DNA of 63,944 nt, the filler included. It is 4 parts of 4 records of this genome, joined end to end, with 100 filler letters (N's around TTAATTAATTAA, not from the genome) between each part and the next. Parts side by side here need not be neighbours in the genome. Positions count along the whole stretch, not along the records: positions 18,370 to 44,161 come from SRR20825019_348; positions 44,262 to 58,812 come from SRR20825019_353; 2 more parts are not named here. The stretch is one strand, 5' to 3'. The notes below the pieces were generated by a model, which ran no database searches, had not been told where the DNA came from, and saw only the letters and a list, made by a program, of their open reading frames with translations. Both the position numbers and the translations under genes were made by a program. Below are positions 33,776 through 44,262 of the stretch, piece after piece (within the stretch, counting starts at the first letter, position 1; each line of letters starts with the position of its first letter).

Positions 33776-35764
33776 CTATTTGATCATGGAAAGATGGTGT
33801 TTTTCCAAGCCTGACTTTAACCATTTCTCATAGGTTTCAACGTCAACATATTGTACCGCTTCGTTAAGAATTTCAAGATTTGGAGAAAGCAATACATAAT
33901 AGGGTTGGGATGCGGCATTAAAATTAATGGTCTGGAACGTCCCCCATTTTTGGCCAATCGTCTGGATGGATTTCACCCGTCCAGAGTCATATTTAAAATC
34001 GAACTGCTCGGATTTAGGCAGTTCTTTTCTATCATCAACATAAAGTGAAATCAACACATAATCTTCCTTTAAAATGGGGTAAATATTGGAATCGCTCCAC
34101 ACATTTTCCTCCATTTTTCTACAATTTACACAGGCCCAGCCCGTAAAATCGAGTAAAATAGGCTTGTTTACTTCTTGCGCGTAAGCCACGCCTTTTTCAA
34201 AATCTTTATAGCAATCCAACCCTAACGGACAATCGCTCTCTGTTTCTACCACACTGTAAAAACTTGGTGGCGGGAACCCGCTCAACAATTTTAATGGTGT
34301 AATATTGAACAATCCGAGTACCAAATACACCGTGAAGGCAAAACTCAATAAACCAAATCCTTTTCGGGCCGTTGAGAGATTCTTTTTGGGTCCATCATGC
34401 GGAAACCTAAAAATTCCGAATAGGTAAAGTGTCATCAAAACAAATAGCACTACCCAGATACCAATAAAAATTTCTCGTTTAAAAATGCCCCAGTTCCCCA
34501 CCAAATCTGCGTTGGATAAGAATTTGAAGGCGAGTGCCAATTCCAAGAACCCAAGCACCACTTTTACGGTCGTCATCCAACCACCAGATTTTGGCAACGA
34601 ATTTAACCAAGCTGGAAACATGGCAAACAAAGCAAACGGAAGCGCCAATGCCAAACCAAAACCAACCATTCCCGAGGTTAAGTTGGTGGCCACGTTCCCT
34701 TCAGCCAAGGTTGTACTTCCTAAAAGACCTCCCAAAATGGGTCCTGTACAAGAAAATGATACTATGGCCAGCGTCAAGGCCATAAAAAAGATACCCAATC
34801 CCCCTCCTACTTTGGACGAGGCCGAATCCATTTTGTTCGCCCAAGAACTGGGCAACGTCAATTCATAGTAGCCAAAGAATGAAAAGGCAAAGAATACAAA
34901 AATGACAAAGAAGAACACGTTCAACCAGATATTGGTGGCGATGGTGTTCAAAATTTGCGAGTCCACCGAATTGAACAAATGGAACGGTAAGCTCAACAAG
35001 AAATAAATCAAAACGATAAAGAAACCGTAGAGCAAGGCGTTTACTATTCCTTTGGATTTATTCTGGGTCTGCTTGGTGAAAAAAGACACCGTCAAAGGAA
35101 TCATAGGGAACACGCAGGGCGTCAACAAGGCTATTAATCCCCCGATAAAACCCAATCCAAAAATCATCCACAGATTGGACCTTCCTTCAGAATCCGTAAC
35201 TCCGTTTTGATTCAAAAGATTCTTGTTCTTAAAATTAACCTTAAGTGATTCACCCAGGGCAACGCTCCGTTCGTCCAGAGCTGCCTCTTCTGCAACAAAC
35301 CCTGTTCCGTCCAACGAAATCTGGAACAGTTCGTCAACAGGAATGCAAACCTCCTTGCAGATTTGGTAGAACAAATTCACAGAAATCTGGTTGACATCCG
35401 GGTCGAGAAGTTTAATTTTTTGGGTGAATATGGCCTCTTCTTTGAAAAAAGTTTCATCTACCTCAAAAATTTCGCTGTATTCTATGATTGTTTCACTTTC
35501 CTGCGTTTTACCTACCAGCTCGTAATCCTCACCGGATTTTTTAAAAGTAAATTCGCTGGGCAAAGAACCACCTTCATCCGTATACTGTGAATAGATGTGC
35601 CACCCATCCATAATTTTTGCCTTGAACACCAATTCGTATTCGGTATCGGACAATTTATGCACCTCATGGCTCCAAACTGCGGGGTTCTTATCAGTTTGGG
35701 CAAATGTGCTCAAATTGATGAGCAATAATCCTAAAAAGAGAAGCGATAATTTTATTTTAGCCAT
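33776..35764 (-). CDS. dsbD: Thiol:disulfide interchange protein DsbD family
   Basis: CKEVC, LTPCVFPMIP, SFSCTGP, thioredoxin WACVNCRKME. Confidence 0.9.
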   Translation of the reverse strand: MAKIKLSLLFLGLLLINLSTFAQTDKNPAVWSHEVHKLSDTEYELVFKAKIMDGWHIYSQYTDEGGSLPSEFTFKKSGEDYELVGKTQESETIIEYSEIFEVDETFFKEEAIFTQKIKLLDPDVNQISVNLFYQICKEVCIPVDELFQISLDGTGFVAEEAALDERSVALGESLKVNFKNKNLLNQNGVTDSEGRSNLWMIFGLGFIGGLIALLTPCVFPMIPLTVSFFTKQTQNKSKGIVNALLYGFFIVLIYFLLSLPFHLFNSVDSQILNTIATNIWLNVFFFVIFVFFAFSFFGYYELTLPSSWANKMDSASSKVGGGLGIFFMALTLAIVSFSCTGPILGGLLGSTTLAEGNVATNLTSGMVGFGLALALPFALFAMFPAWLNSLPKSGGWMTTVKVVLGFLELALAFKFLSNADLVGNWGIFKREIFIGIWVVLFVLMTLYLFGIFRFPHDGPKKNLSTARKGFGLLSFAFTVYLVLGLFNITPLKLLSGFPPPSFYSVVETESDCPLGLDCYKDFEKGVAYAQEVNKPILLDFTGWACVNCRKMEENVWSDSNIYPILKEDYVLISLYVDDRKELPKSEQFDFKYDSGRVKSIQTIGQKWGTFQTINFNAASQPYYVLLSPNLEILNEAVQYVDVETYEKWLKSGLEKHHLSMIK

Positions 35765-37059
35765 GAAATCTTTACTATTTTTCGGGTTGATTCCTCAACC
35801 TTGAACCTTTCGTCAGCGCGCTTGCCTACAATCCAGACAATTTTATCGCCTGAACAAAGCAACCATTGCTTTTCTTTTGAAATGAGGTCCATTTTTTCAT
35901 CCTTGAAAAATTTGGACAACTTTTTTTTTCCTTGCATCCCAAAAGGATAAAAATAGTCGCCTTTTTCCCAGTTTCTTAACACCAACGGAAAGATTAACTT
36001 TTCCATATCCAAAAATACGACATTTTGTGTCTGTTTTTCAAAGGATTCTACCTCTTCTAACTGTATTTTAATGGGCAATCCATCCGAAGTTTTATCCAAA
36101 TGAAGGTTATACGTTCCTTTTATTTCAGGAATGATTTCAGCAAGAATCAAGAAATCCCTGTTCTTAAGAAGTCGATGGGTCTTGGAAAAGACTTGTTTGC
36201 CACTCTCGGCCGTCAATAAATCCTTCACATCGTTCCACTCGGTAAATCCATAACTATGTAACAATCCATAAATATAAGCGTCCAAGGGATTTAACTGCTG
36301 AAGCTCGGCAATTGGAATTGCAACAGCCCCATCTCGTTGACGAAACAATTTTGATTTTAATTCTTCCAAATAATTGTGTGCCAAATCGCTCGTCTGCCTT
36401 AAAAAATGTTGGGTATGCTGAAAGTTTTGAAGAAATGTTGGATTGAGTTCCTTTACGATAGGAACTATTTGATGACGAATCTTGTTACGAAGGTATTTGA
36501 TACTCGCATTGCTACTGTCTTCCCGCCACTCCTTACCTTCCAAGGTGGCAAATTCCAAAATTTCTTCCCGTGAAAAGGACAATAACGGTCGCACAATGTT
36601 CCCGTTCATCTTAGGAATGCCCGAAAGCCCTTGAATACCTGTTCCTCGGGATAAATTGATGAGAAAAGTTTCCAAACTATCATCCGCATGGTGGGCCGTC
36701 AGCACATAATCGTATCCCTTGGATGTCAACAGTTCATCAAACCACTGGTAGCGCAATTCCCTGGCGGCCATTTGCACGGATAAACGCTTTGTTTTGGCTT
36801 CTTGTTCCGTATTGAACTGCTTCACAAAACATTCTACCCCTAATTGTGATGCCAAATCAGCTACAAAGGTCTCGTCCCCTTCACTTTCTGCGCCTCGAAG
36901 CGAAAAATTGCAATGTGCTATGGCAAAATCAAATTTTGAAGCAGCGCATAAATGAGTTAAAACAACGCTGTCAAGTCCTCCACTGCAGGCCACTAAAAGT
37001 TTTTTCTCTTTGAGAAATGGCAAGCTTTTTACAATGTGCTCATTGAATTTTTGGACCAT
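35752..37059 (-). CDS. tilS: tRNA(Ile)-lysidine synthase
   Basis: ACSGGLDS, AARELRY, TAHHADD, EDSSN..YLRNKIRH. Confidence 0.95.
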   Translation of the reverse strand: MVQKFNEHIVKSLPFLKEKKLLVACSGGLDSVVLTHLCAASKFDFAIAHCNFSLRGAESEGDETFVADLASQLGVECFVKQFNTEQEAKTKRLSVQMAARELRYQWFDELLTSKGYDYVLTAHHADDSLETFLINLSRGTGIQGLSGIPKMNGNIVRPLLSFSREEILEFATLEGKEWREDSSNASIKYLRNKIRHQIVPIVKELNPTFLQNFQHTQHFLRQTSDLAHNYLEELKSKLFRQRDGAVAIPIAELQQLNPLDAYIYGLLHSYGFTEWNDVKDLLTAESGKQVFSKTHRLLKNRDFLILAEIIPEIKGTYNLHLDKTSDGLPIKIQLEEVESFEKQTQNVVFLDMEKLIFPLVLRNWEKGDYFYPFGMQGKKKLSKFFKDEKMDLISKEKQWLLCSGDKIVWIVGKRADERFKVEESTRKIVKISWLK

Positions 37060-37392
37060 GATGCGAATTTACAAATAAACCCTAAGCCTTACGGCTAGGT
37101 TATATTGTTAGTATGTTTCTGAGTTATTGTGTTTTTCTATCCGTGTATGAGGTTGAATTGATACTTGATAGCATCTTTAAATCCGTCCTTATGTCCAACG
37201 GCGGAGTGGTCTTGGTACTTTTTCTCTTGCACTTCATTCTTTTCTCTTTTTGACACCAATTCCACAAATCCTCCCGAATGTTTTTTATCGATTTTGACGT
37301 TTGAACTTTTACACCTGCATACTGATTACTGAGTTATCTGTTTATAGGTCTGTGTTCTTTTATCCAAAAGCGCAGCGGTCTTGTTTCCTTAC

Positions 37393-38682
37393 CTATGTTT
37401 CTCTTTCCTCCAAAACCGTTCGCATTGCTTTAGCTTTCAGCAAACATTCCTTATACTCCCTTTCTGGGTCGGATTTAGCTGTAATGGCACTGCCTACGGA
37501 AAAGGACACATATTTATTGCTTGCATTGTACAGAATACTGCGAATCACGACATTGAAATCAAAATCACCATTTGGTGAAAAATAACCTACCGCTCCGCTG
37601 TACAGACCTCGTTTGGTTTCCTCCAATTCCTCGATGATTTTCATTGCGGAAATTTTTGGAGCTCCGGTCATACTTCCCATTGGAAAAGTTTCTTTGATTA
37701 ATTCCAGCGGATATTTATCCTTAGGCACGTTTGAAACTATTGTGGAAATAAGTTGATGTACTTGCTTAAAAGTATAGGGGTTACAAAGTTCCTCTACTCG
37801 CACCGAACCCTTTATTGCACTCTTGGACAAATCATTCCGAACCAAATCGGTGATCATAATATTTTCGGAGCGTTCTTTTTCATCTTGAGCTAAATCTCTT
37901 TTGAATTTTTCATCTTCCCGCTCATCATCACCTCTCCTTGCAGTTCCCTTTATGGGTTGTGAAATTACTTTTTGTCCTTGCTTTTTTAAATATCGTTCAG
38001 GCGAAGCGCACATCAAATAGTTATCGTTGAGGCGTGCAAAAGCGGCAAACGGCGGTTCCGATATGCCATTCAACTTTTGATAGGTCTCCCATGGATTGAT
38101 GGTAGCATCTTCGGCATAAAACTCTTGACAAAAGTTGGCTTCATAAATATCTCCTCTGTGAATATGTTCCAAAAAACGATGGGCCTTTTCAAAATAAGCA
38201 TCCTTGTGAATCCTCATTTTTATTTTGATAGCATCTTGTGGCTCGGGCGGCAATTGTAAAGGGACAAAATCTCTGATTTCTTCAAAATCCGCTTCAATTT
38301 CCTGAGCAACCTCATTCAAATAAATGAAATGAAGCTCATCATTTTCTACCCGGATAACCTTTAACGGCTGAAAAAACTGCACCGCCGGAAACCCGAGACC
38401 GTCAAAATTATTTGAGGTCAAGTCCTCCAACTCGTTCTTTACATCGTATGAAAAGTAACCAAATAGCCAATCTTTTTCGTTTTCTAAAAAATCGTGGAGC
38501 GTTTTAGTGATTTCAAATTTTTGAGATGCGCCAACCGCTAAACAGGCTTCAAAACTGGAATATCGGTCCTGATGGGAATTGCTGTCCAGCCAAACGGCCG
38601 TTTCAAATTGTTTGGACCACCAAAAAAGCGCCTCTTTACTTTGTAAAAGGGATTTTATCTTAAAGGAGCGATGCGTCCGCAA
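37393..38682 (-). CDS. pabB: Aminodeoxychorismate synthase component I
   Basis: SPERYL, PIKGT, SENIMITDLVRNDL, FPMGSMTGAPK. Confidence 0.85.
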   Translation of the reverse strand: MRTHRSFKIKSLLQSKEALFWWSKQFETAVWLDSNSHQDRYSSFEACLAVGASQKFEITKTLHDFLENEKDWLFGYFSYDVKNELEDLTSNNFDGLGFPAVQFFQPLKVIRVENDELHFIYLNEVAQEIEADFEEIRDFVPLQLPPEPQDAIKIKMRIHKDAYFEKAHRFLEHIHRGDIYEANFCQEFYAEDATINPWETYQKLNGISEPPFAAFARLNDNYLMCASPERYLKKQGQKVISQPIKGTARRGDDEREDEKFKRDLAQDEKERSENIMITDLVRNDLSKSAIKGSVRVEELCNPYTFKQVHQLISTIVSNVPKDKYPLELIKETFPMGSMTGAPKISAMKIIEELEETKRGLYSGAVGYFSPNGDFDFNVVIRSILYNASNKYVSFSVGSAITAKSDPEREYKECLLKAKAMRTVLEERET

Positions 38683-38685
38683 TAG

Positions 38686-39222
38686 TTATGAGTTTAGGGA
38701 ATCCAAAAATGTATCCAGCGCCTGTTGGTGTTCAATCTGCAGGGTCTTGTCCAAAATACCATCATCACCAAAATTCTCATAAAAAGAGGGCAATGAAAAG
38801 CTCGCTGTTATTTCCGCTCCAAATCTTGGCAGCATACCTTCAATCACTGTAAAAGAACCTTTTGCGCCACGTCTGCCGCCCGATGTGGACATCAAAAACA
38901 CCTTGGTGCCTTCCAAAAAATTACGGTCCATGCGGGACAACCAATCCAATACATTCTTAAAATATGCAGACGGATTGCCATTATGCTCGTTTACGGACAA
39001 AATAAGTGCATCCGAACTGTTGATTTTTGCTTTCAAATCCTGTAAGGAATCAGCATATCCATCTGATTTCTCCAAATCTTCACTAAACATGGGAAATGCA
39101 TGTTCTGACATGTTTAGGAGTTGAATATCATGCTGTTGAACCAAGGAAACGGTAAATTTCACCAATCTAAAATTGATAGAAGTGGAAGAATTACTCCCCC
39201 CTAATGCCAAAATTGCAGCCAT
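38686..39222 (-). CDS. NADPH-dependent FMN reductase
   Basis: GGSNSSTSIN, EHNG...FKNVLDWLSR, STSGGRRG. Confidence 0.88.
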   Translation of the reverse strand: MAAILALGGSNSSTSINFRLVKFTVSLVQQHDIQLLNMSEHAFPMFSEDLEKSDGYADSLQDLKAKINSSDALILSVNEHNGNPSAYFKNVLDWLSRMDRNFLEGTKVFLMSTSGGRRGAKGSFTVIEGMLPRFGAEITASFSLPSFYENFGDDGILDKTLQIEHQQALDTFLDSLNS

Positions 39223-39352
39223 ATCATGGAATTGTTGATTGTTTCGCTAAAATACCCCAATTGGAAGTTAGATGCGACTATTTTGCATATTTTTGATGCG
39301 GCCAACATCTAAACTACTTGCTAAACAAGTATATAGGGTGAATCAAATACAA

Positions 39353-40549
39353 ATGACTGCAAAGACTGACAGACTATTTTTTGTGGATGCCATGCGTGCA
39401 TGGGCAATTTTGATGATGCTGCAAGGACATTTTATAGATGGCCTACTAGACCCTGTTTTTAGGGATGCCGGCAACACGACCTATAACATCTGGTTATATT
39501 TTAGGGGGATAACTGCTCCCGTGTTTTTTACGGTTTCCGGTTTTATTTTTACCTACCTATTGATTCGGGTTCCACAAAGTGGTATGGAAAACCCAAGGGT
39601 GGCCAAGGGAATCAGACGTGGGATACAATTACTGCTCATTGGCTATTTGCTTCGAATGAATCTTGGAGGATTATTTAAAGGAGAAATTTATGATTCTTTC
39701 TATCTGGTAGATGTTCTCCACTGTATTGGTCTATCTATTTTGGGACTTATAGGTGTTTATGTACTGACTGCAAAAAAGAAAAGCTATGTTTTTCCGACTG
39801 TTCTTGTGATCATCACATTGGTGCTTTTCCTGTTCGAAAGGGTTTACAAGGATTGGTCCTTTGCATTTTTGCCCGACTTTTTGGCAAATTACTTTACAAA
39901 GTCCAACGGTTCTGTATTTACCATCATACCCTGGTTCGGCTACACCACTATTGGGGCATTTGTATCCGTGCTCTTTACCAGATTCAAAAATTATAGATAT
40001 TTATACCCTGTCGCTATTTCCATAGCATTGGCAGTAGGTTATCTGTTGATTTATCAATCGTCCAATTTCTTTGAAATCGTTTACGAAAGAACTGGGTTCA
40101 ATTTTCTCAAACAACTGCTCACCAACAACTACCTATTTATTCGGTTGGGCGATGTTTTTGTAGTTTTTGCCGTGTTTATGGTACTCCGCAGATTAATGAC
40201 CAACAAGACTGTTTTGAAAATCGGAGCAAGTACTTTGTCCATCTATGTGATTCACTTTGTTATCCTTTATGGCAGTCTTACAGGCTTGGGGCTCTATCGG
40301 TTCTTTCACCATTCACTTTCTCCCGAGATCGTGGTTCCCGGTGCACTTGCATTTATGATTACGTGCACATGGTTGGCCCTTCAATACAACAAGTACGAAT
40401 TGGGCATCAAAACACAGATTTCTACAGGTCTTGCGTTCATCAAAACCCAGGCAATCGAACTAAAAGAAATATCCATTCCGGTACTTCGAGAAGTTTTTAT
40501 CCGTGTTCGTATTTTTCTAAGACGCGTTTTCCGAACTGTCAGGAGCTAA
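39353..40549 (+). CDS. DUF1624/HGSNAT-like membrane acyltransferase
   Basis: RLFFVDAMRAWAILMMLQGH, DVLHCIG, FTIIPWFGY; multi-TM. Confidence 0.8.
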   Translation: MTAKTDRLFFVDAMRAWAILMMLQGHFIDGLLDPVFRDAGNTTYNIWLYFRGITAPVFFTVSGFIFTYLLIRVPQSGMENPRVAKGIRRGIQLLLIGYLLRMNLGGLFKGEIYDSFYLVDVLHCIGLSILGLIGVYVLTAKKKSYVFPTVLVIITLVLFLFERVYKDWSFAFLPDFLANYFTKSNGSVFTIIPWFGYTTIGAFVSVLFTRFKNYRYLYPVAISIALAVGYLLIYQSSNFFEIVYERTGFNFLKQLLTNNYLFIRLGDVFVVFAVFMVLRRLMTNKTVLKIGASTLSIYVIHFVILYGSLTGLGLYRFFHHSLSPEIVVPGALAFMITCTWLALQYNKYELGIKTQISTGLAFIKTQAIELKEISIPVLREVFIRVRIFLRRVFRTVRS

Positions 40550-40582
40550 AAAAAGCATCCAATCCTAAGACTGAATGCTTTT
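40548..40582. terminator. Probable bidirectional terminator
   Basis: AAAAGCATCC...GAATGCTTTT between convergent genes. Confidence 0.5.
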
Positions 40583-40607
40583 AGTATAAATCGTTCTGAT
40601 TTTCTAT

Positions 40608-42011
40608 CTACACATGCAATGCCCTATCATCCGTAGCGGCCAACGCAGCTTCCTTAACGGCTTCGGCAAAGGTTGGGTGTGCATGGCTCATACGTGAAAT
40701 GTCTTCGGCAGATGCCCGGAACTCCATAGCAGTAACACCTTCGGCAATCAAATCGGCACAACGTGCACCAATCATATGGATACCTAGAACCTCATCTGTC
40801 TTTTTATCAGCAAGGATTTTTACAAAACCATCCAAATCCATACTGGCACGGGACCTTCCTAGTGCCCTCATTGGAAACTGACCTGATTTATATTCCACGC
40901 CTTCTTCCTTCAATTGCTCCTCTGTTTTGCCCACAGCGGCAACTTCCGGCCAGGTGTAGACCACTCCCGGAATCAAATTGTAATCGATATGTGGTTTCTG
41001 TCCCGCTAAAATTTCAGCGACCATGGTACCCTCTTCTTCGGCTTTGTGGGCCAACATGGCTCCTTTTACCACATCGCCAATGGCGTAAATGTTGGACACA
41101 TTGGTCTGTAGATGTTCGTTTACCTCTACTCTACCCCTATCGTCCAATTTTACTCCCGCTGCTTCAGCGTCCAATCCATCGGTGTAGGGCTTACGACCCA
41201 CACTTACCAAACAGTAATCACCTTTAATGGTGACTTCCCCTCCTTTTTTGTCGTCGGCTTTTACGATGACCTCATCACCTTTACGCTCCACGGATTTTAC
41301 TTTGTGGGACAGGTTGAACTTTACTTTTTGTTTCTTCATCACCTTGGTCAGCTCTTTGGACAATGCACCGTCCATTCCTGGGATTATGCGGTCCATATAC
41401 TCCACTACGGTTACATCGGCACCCAAGCGCTTGTATACTTGGCCCAGTTCCAATCCAATGACACCGCCTCCAATAACAATCAGGTGTTTTGGGATTTCTC
41501 TCAGCTTTAAAGCTTCGGTAGAAGTGATCACGCGCTCCTTGTCAATTTCAATAAATGGCAAGGACGATGGTTTGGAGCCAGTTGCTATAATTATATTTTT
41601 AGCTTCAATGGTCTCCTCTCCGCCCTCTTTTGCAATGTTGATGTGCGTGGCATCTTTAAAGCTACCTACACCGTGGTACACATCAATTTTATTTTTGTCC
41701 ATCAAAAACTCGATGCCCTTGGTGGTCTGGTCCACAACGCCTTGTTTACGGGCAATCATTTGCTCCAAGTTTACTTTGATCTCACCCGGTATATCGATAC
41801 CGTGTTCCTCGAAATGCTTTACGGCATCCTCGTAGTGGTGCGATGAGTCCAACAGTGCCTTGGACGGGATACAGCCTACGTTAAGACAGGTTCCGCCAAG
41901 GGTGGCATACTTTTCTATAATTGCGGTTTTCATTCCCAATTGGGCACATCGAATGGCCGCCACATAGCCTCCTGGTCCAGAGCCGATGATGGCTACATCA
42001 TATTGATTCAT
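40608..42011 (-). CDS. lpdA: Dihydrolipoamide dehydrogenase
   Basis: GSGPGG, GGTCLNVGCIPSK, HAHPTFAE. Confidence 0.96.
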   Translation of the reverse strand: MNQYDVAIIGSGPGGYVAAIRCAQLGMKTAIIEKYATLGGTCLNVGCIPSKALLDSSHHYEDAVKHFEEHGIDIPGEIKVNLEQMIARKQGVVDQTTKGIEFLMDKNKIDVYHGVGSFKDATHINIAKEGGEETIEAKNIIIATGSKPSSLPFIEIDKERVITSTEALKLREIPKHLIVIGGGVIGLELGQVYKRLGADVTVVEYMDRIIPGMDGALSKELTKVMKKQKVKFNLSHKVKSVERKGDEVIVKADDKKGGEVTIKGDYCLVSVGRKPYTDGLDAEAAGVKLDDRGRVEVNEHLQTNVSNIYAIGDVVKGAMLAHKAEEEGTMVAEILAGQKPHIDYNLIPGVVYTWPEVAAVGKTEEQLKEEGVEYKSGQFPMRALGRSRASMDLDGFVKILADKKTDEVLGIHMIGARCADLIAEGVTAMEFRASAEDISRMSHAHPTFAEAVKEAALAATDDRALHV

Positions 42012-42288
42012 ATGGTATTGTTTGTAAGGATAATTGCTAAAAAACTGTGTTTTTGTAAAAACAAGTGTAAAAATACGAATGTTTTTCGGGACAGTACCAA
42101 GGAATTATGTGGGATTGTTGGGTTGATGGAGGTTTGATTGAATGGGTCAAGGGTGATGGGTAAAAGGTAAAGGATTGAATGGGTGTGAACATTTAGATAA
42201 TTCGGTTGTTGGTTGATTGCTCATTGTTAACTGCTTACTGACTTCCAACTTCTAAAATCTAAATACTAACATTTCATATCTAATTATA

Positions 42289-42322
42289 AAAAAACCGGAA
42301 AAGCACGTGGCCCCTCCGGTTT
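42289..42322 (-). terminator. Terminator after the DUF285 gene
   Basis: Stem AAACCGGA...TCCGGTTT with an A-run on the plus strand (U-run on minus). Confidence 0.6.
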
Positions 42323-42343
42323 GTAATTGCTGATTCTTATTTT

Positions 42344-44041
42344 TTAATCGCAGGGTTTCACACCATCTGAAATAATAGCCCAGTTATTGGGCGCATTAGT
42401 AAGAGTTATAAAAGCATTGATTCCATCATCATCGTCTAAACAGAGATACAAACCCTCCGCTCCTAAAATGATATTTGACTTTACCCCTGGAGCTGCCCAA
42501 CCGATCAAAGTGTTGGAAAAGTTGAGAGGCGACATATTACTATCATCGAACATATTTTCCATCATTATTACACTGCTGATATCCCAACTACCCAAATCCT
42601 GATCAAACGATACAGCTCCATCGAACATGAACGTCATGCTCTTTATGTTGGCAGTGTTCCATCCACTAATATCCCCATTAAACGAGGTAGCATCCAGAAA
42701 CATAGCAATAACGTTTTGCACTTTAGTTAGGTCGGGGAGATCCATGGCATTGTATACCATATTACTACATTGGGCAAAAGTAGCTTCAAAATTTTCCCAT
42801 TCTATTTTTCCCCATTGCTCTATACTCAACAAACGAGACTCAAAACCCTGATCTGCATTAACTATACTAAAATAAGGAATTTGACCCTGAATAGCCACGG
42901 TATAGGTGCCTGCCGTCTCGTACTCATGCTGTATACTAAAACTATCAGGAACCTCATTAATATCAATAGTTTCCACGATACCATCGCCCCAGTCAACAGT
43001 AAAATTGTATTCGTAGTCAACAGAAATGTAAAACCCTATTTCCTCTCCATTAGCCTCTGTTTGCCAAGTAGTGATAAAAGAGGTCGGGTCTTCTACCATA
43101 CTATCAATAACGTTCTGGACAGTTATGGTAATGGTGGCCTCCACGGTCTCCTCACCATCTGTAGCGCTAACCGTAAGGCTGTGAGAAGTCTCTGTTTCAT
43201 AATCCAATGCTTTGCCTTCGGCAAGTGTCAACACACCAGCATCCGAGATATCAAACAGTTCGCTGTCGGCAATACTAAAGGTCAAGGTGTCGTTATCGGG
43301 GTCAGTGGCCACTACCTGCCCTATTTCATCTGCATTCGTAATACTTTCTGAAACCACAAATTCCTGATCCTCCATCAAAGGGGATTGGTTGTCAGGGTCA
43401 CCTTCCAGAACATTTATAGGGACCTTGGCCTCTGTAATAGTGCTCCCATCGGATGCCCCTATGGTAATTTCGTGCTCCGTTGCAGATTCAAAATCAAGGC
43501 TTTTGCCCTCGGCAAGGGTCAATATTCCCTTTTCTGTTATATAGAACAGGTTGTTGTCGTTGGCAACAATGTTAAAGGTAAGTTCGCCCCCTTCGGGATC
43601 CGTGGCCTGGATCTGTCCTATTTCGTCCGTATCCGTAATGGTCTGTTCAACGCTGAATTCCTGATTTTCCATTACAGGGGATTTATTCTCCGTATCAGCT
43701 TTTGTAACGATAAACGTACCAGTACTGGTCGCGGTATTTCCACTCACACTAACGGAAATCTTGGCCGTTGTTGCTCCTGTAGGTACGTTCACAACTATCT
43801 TGGTGGCCGTAGCAGTAACAACACTGGCCGCTACCGAACCAAACTTAACTGCATTGTCGGCAGCGATGGTGGAGAAATTGGTTCCTGTAATGGTAACCAC
43901 TGTGCCCACTGTGCCCGTTTTGGGGTCGAAATCAGTTATGGTAGGTTTGCTCTGTACTGGCGGAGTAGCTGGGCCATCGTCCTTGCCACAAGACCAAAGG
44001 ATGGCCATGGCCAACAACACCGAAAAAAGTATCTTTTTCAT
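42344..44041 (-). CDS. Surface lipoprotein with IPT/TIG, two cadherin-like, PKD-like and DUF285 (BspA-like) domains
   Basis: Lipobox LWS-C; GTVVTITGTNF; two ATDP(E/D)..LTF.I...LD(F/Y)E repeats; VDWGDG; FNGDISGWNT and FDQDLGSWDIS repeats. Confidence 0.85.
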   Translation of the reverse strand: MKKILFSVLLAMAILWSCGKDDGPATPPVQSKPTITDFDPKTGTVGTVVTITGTNFSTIAADNAVKFGSVAASVVTATATKIVVNVPTGATTAKISVSVSGNTATSTGTFIVTKADTENKSPVMENQEFSVEQTITDTDEIGQIQATDPEGGELTFNIVANDNNLFYITEKGILTLAEGKSLDFESATEHEITIGASDGSTITEAKVPINVLEGDPDNQSPLMEDQEFVVSESITNADEIGQVVATDPDNDTLTFSIADSELFDISDAGVLTLAEGKALDYETETSHSLTVSATDGEETVEATITITVQNVIDSMVEDPTSFITTWQTEANGEEIGFYISVDYEYNFTVDWGDGIVETIDINEVPDSFSIQHEYETAGTYTVAIQGQIPYFSIVNADQGFESRLLSIEQWGKIEWENFEATFAQCSNMVYNAMDLPDLTKVQNVIAMFLDATSFNGDISGWNTANIKSMTFMFDGAVSFDQDLGSWDISSVIMMENMFDDSNMSPLNFSNTLIGWAAPGVKSNIILGAEGLYLCLDDDDGINAFITLTNAPNNWAIISDGVKPCD

Positions 44042-44111
44042 AATCTTAAAATTTTAGTTATTAAAAAATCAAGATAAATTCGGGAGTTCTCGTGAGGTTT
44101 TTGCCCACCAA

Positions 44112-44161
44112 TTGACCGATGCCCCTTTTGGGTTGACGGATGAGGGGTTTGGGTTGATGGG
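44112..44161 (-). promoter_or_regulatory. Three direct repeats with 21-bp period upstream of the DUF285 gene
   Basis: TTGACCGA at 44112, TTGACGGA at 44133, TTGATGGG at 44154; shares ATGCCCCTTTTG with the 31266 array. Confidence 0.55.
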
Positions 44162-44261
44162 NNNNNNNNNNNNNNNNNNNNNNNNNNNNNNNNNNNNNNN
44201 NNNNNTTAATTAATTAANNNNNNNNNNNNNNNNNNNNNNNNNNNNNNNNNNNNNNNNNNNN
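44162..44261. other. Artificial contig linker
   Basis: N44-TTAATTAATTAA-N44; sharp AT-rich to GC-rich change. Confidence 0.98.
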
Positions 44262-44262
44262 G

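Noticed and set aside
42110-42285. Degenerate short G/T- and A/C-rich repeats upstream of lpdA
   Set aside because: No consistent unit or structure could be defined; treated as low-complexity intergenic DNA.
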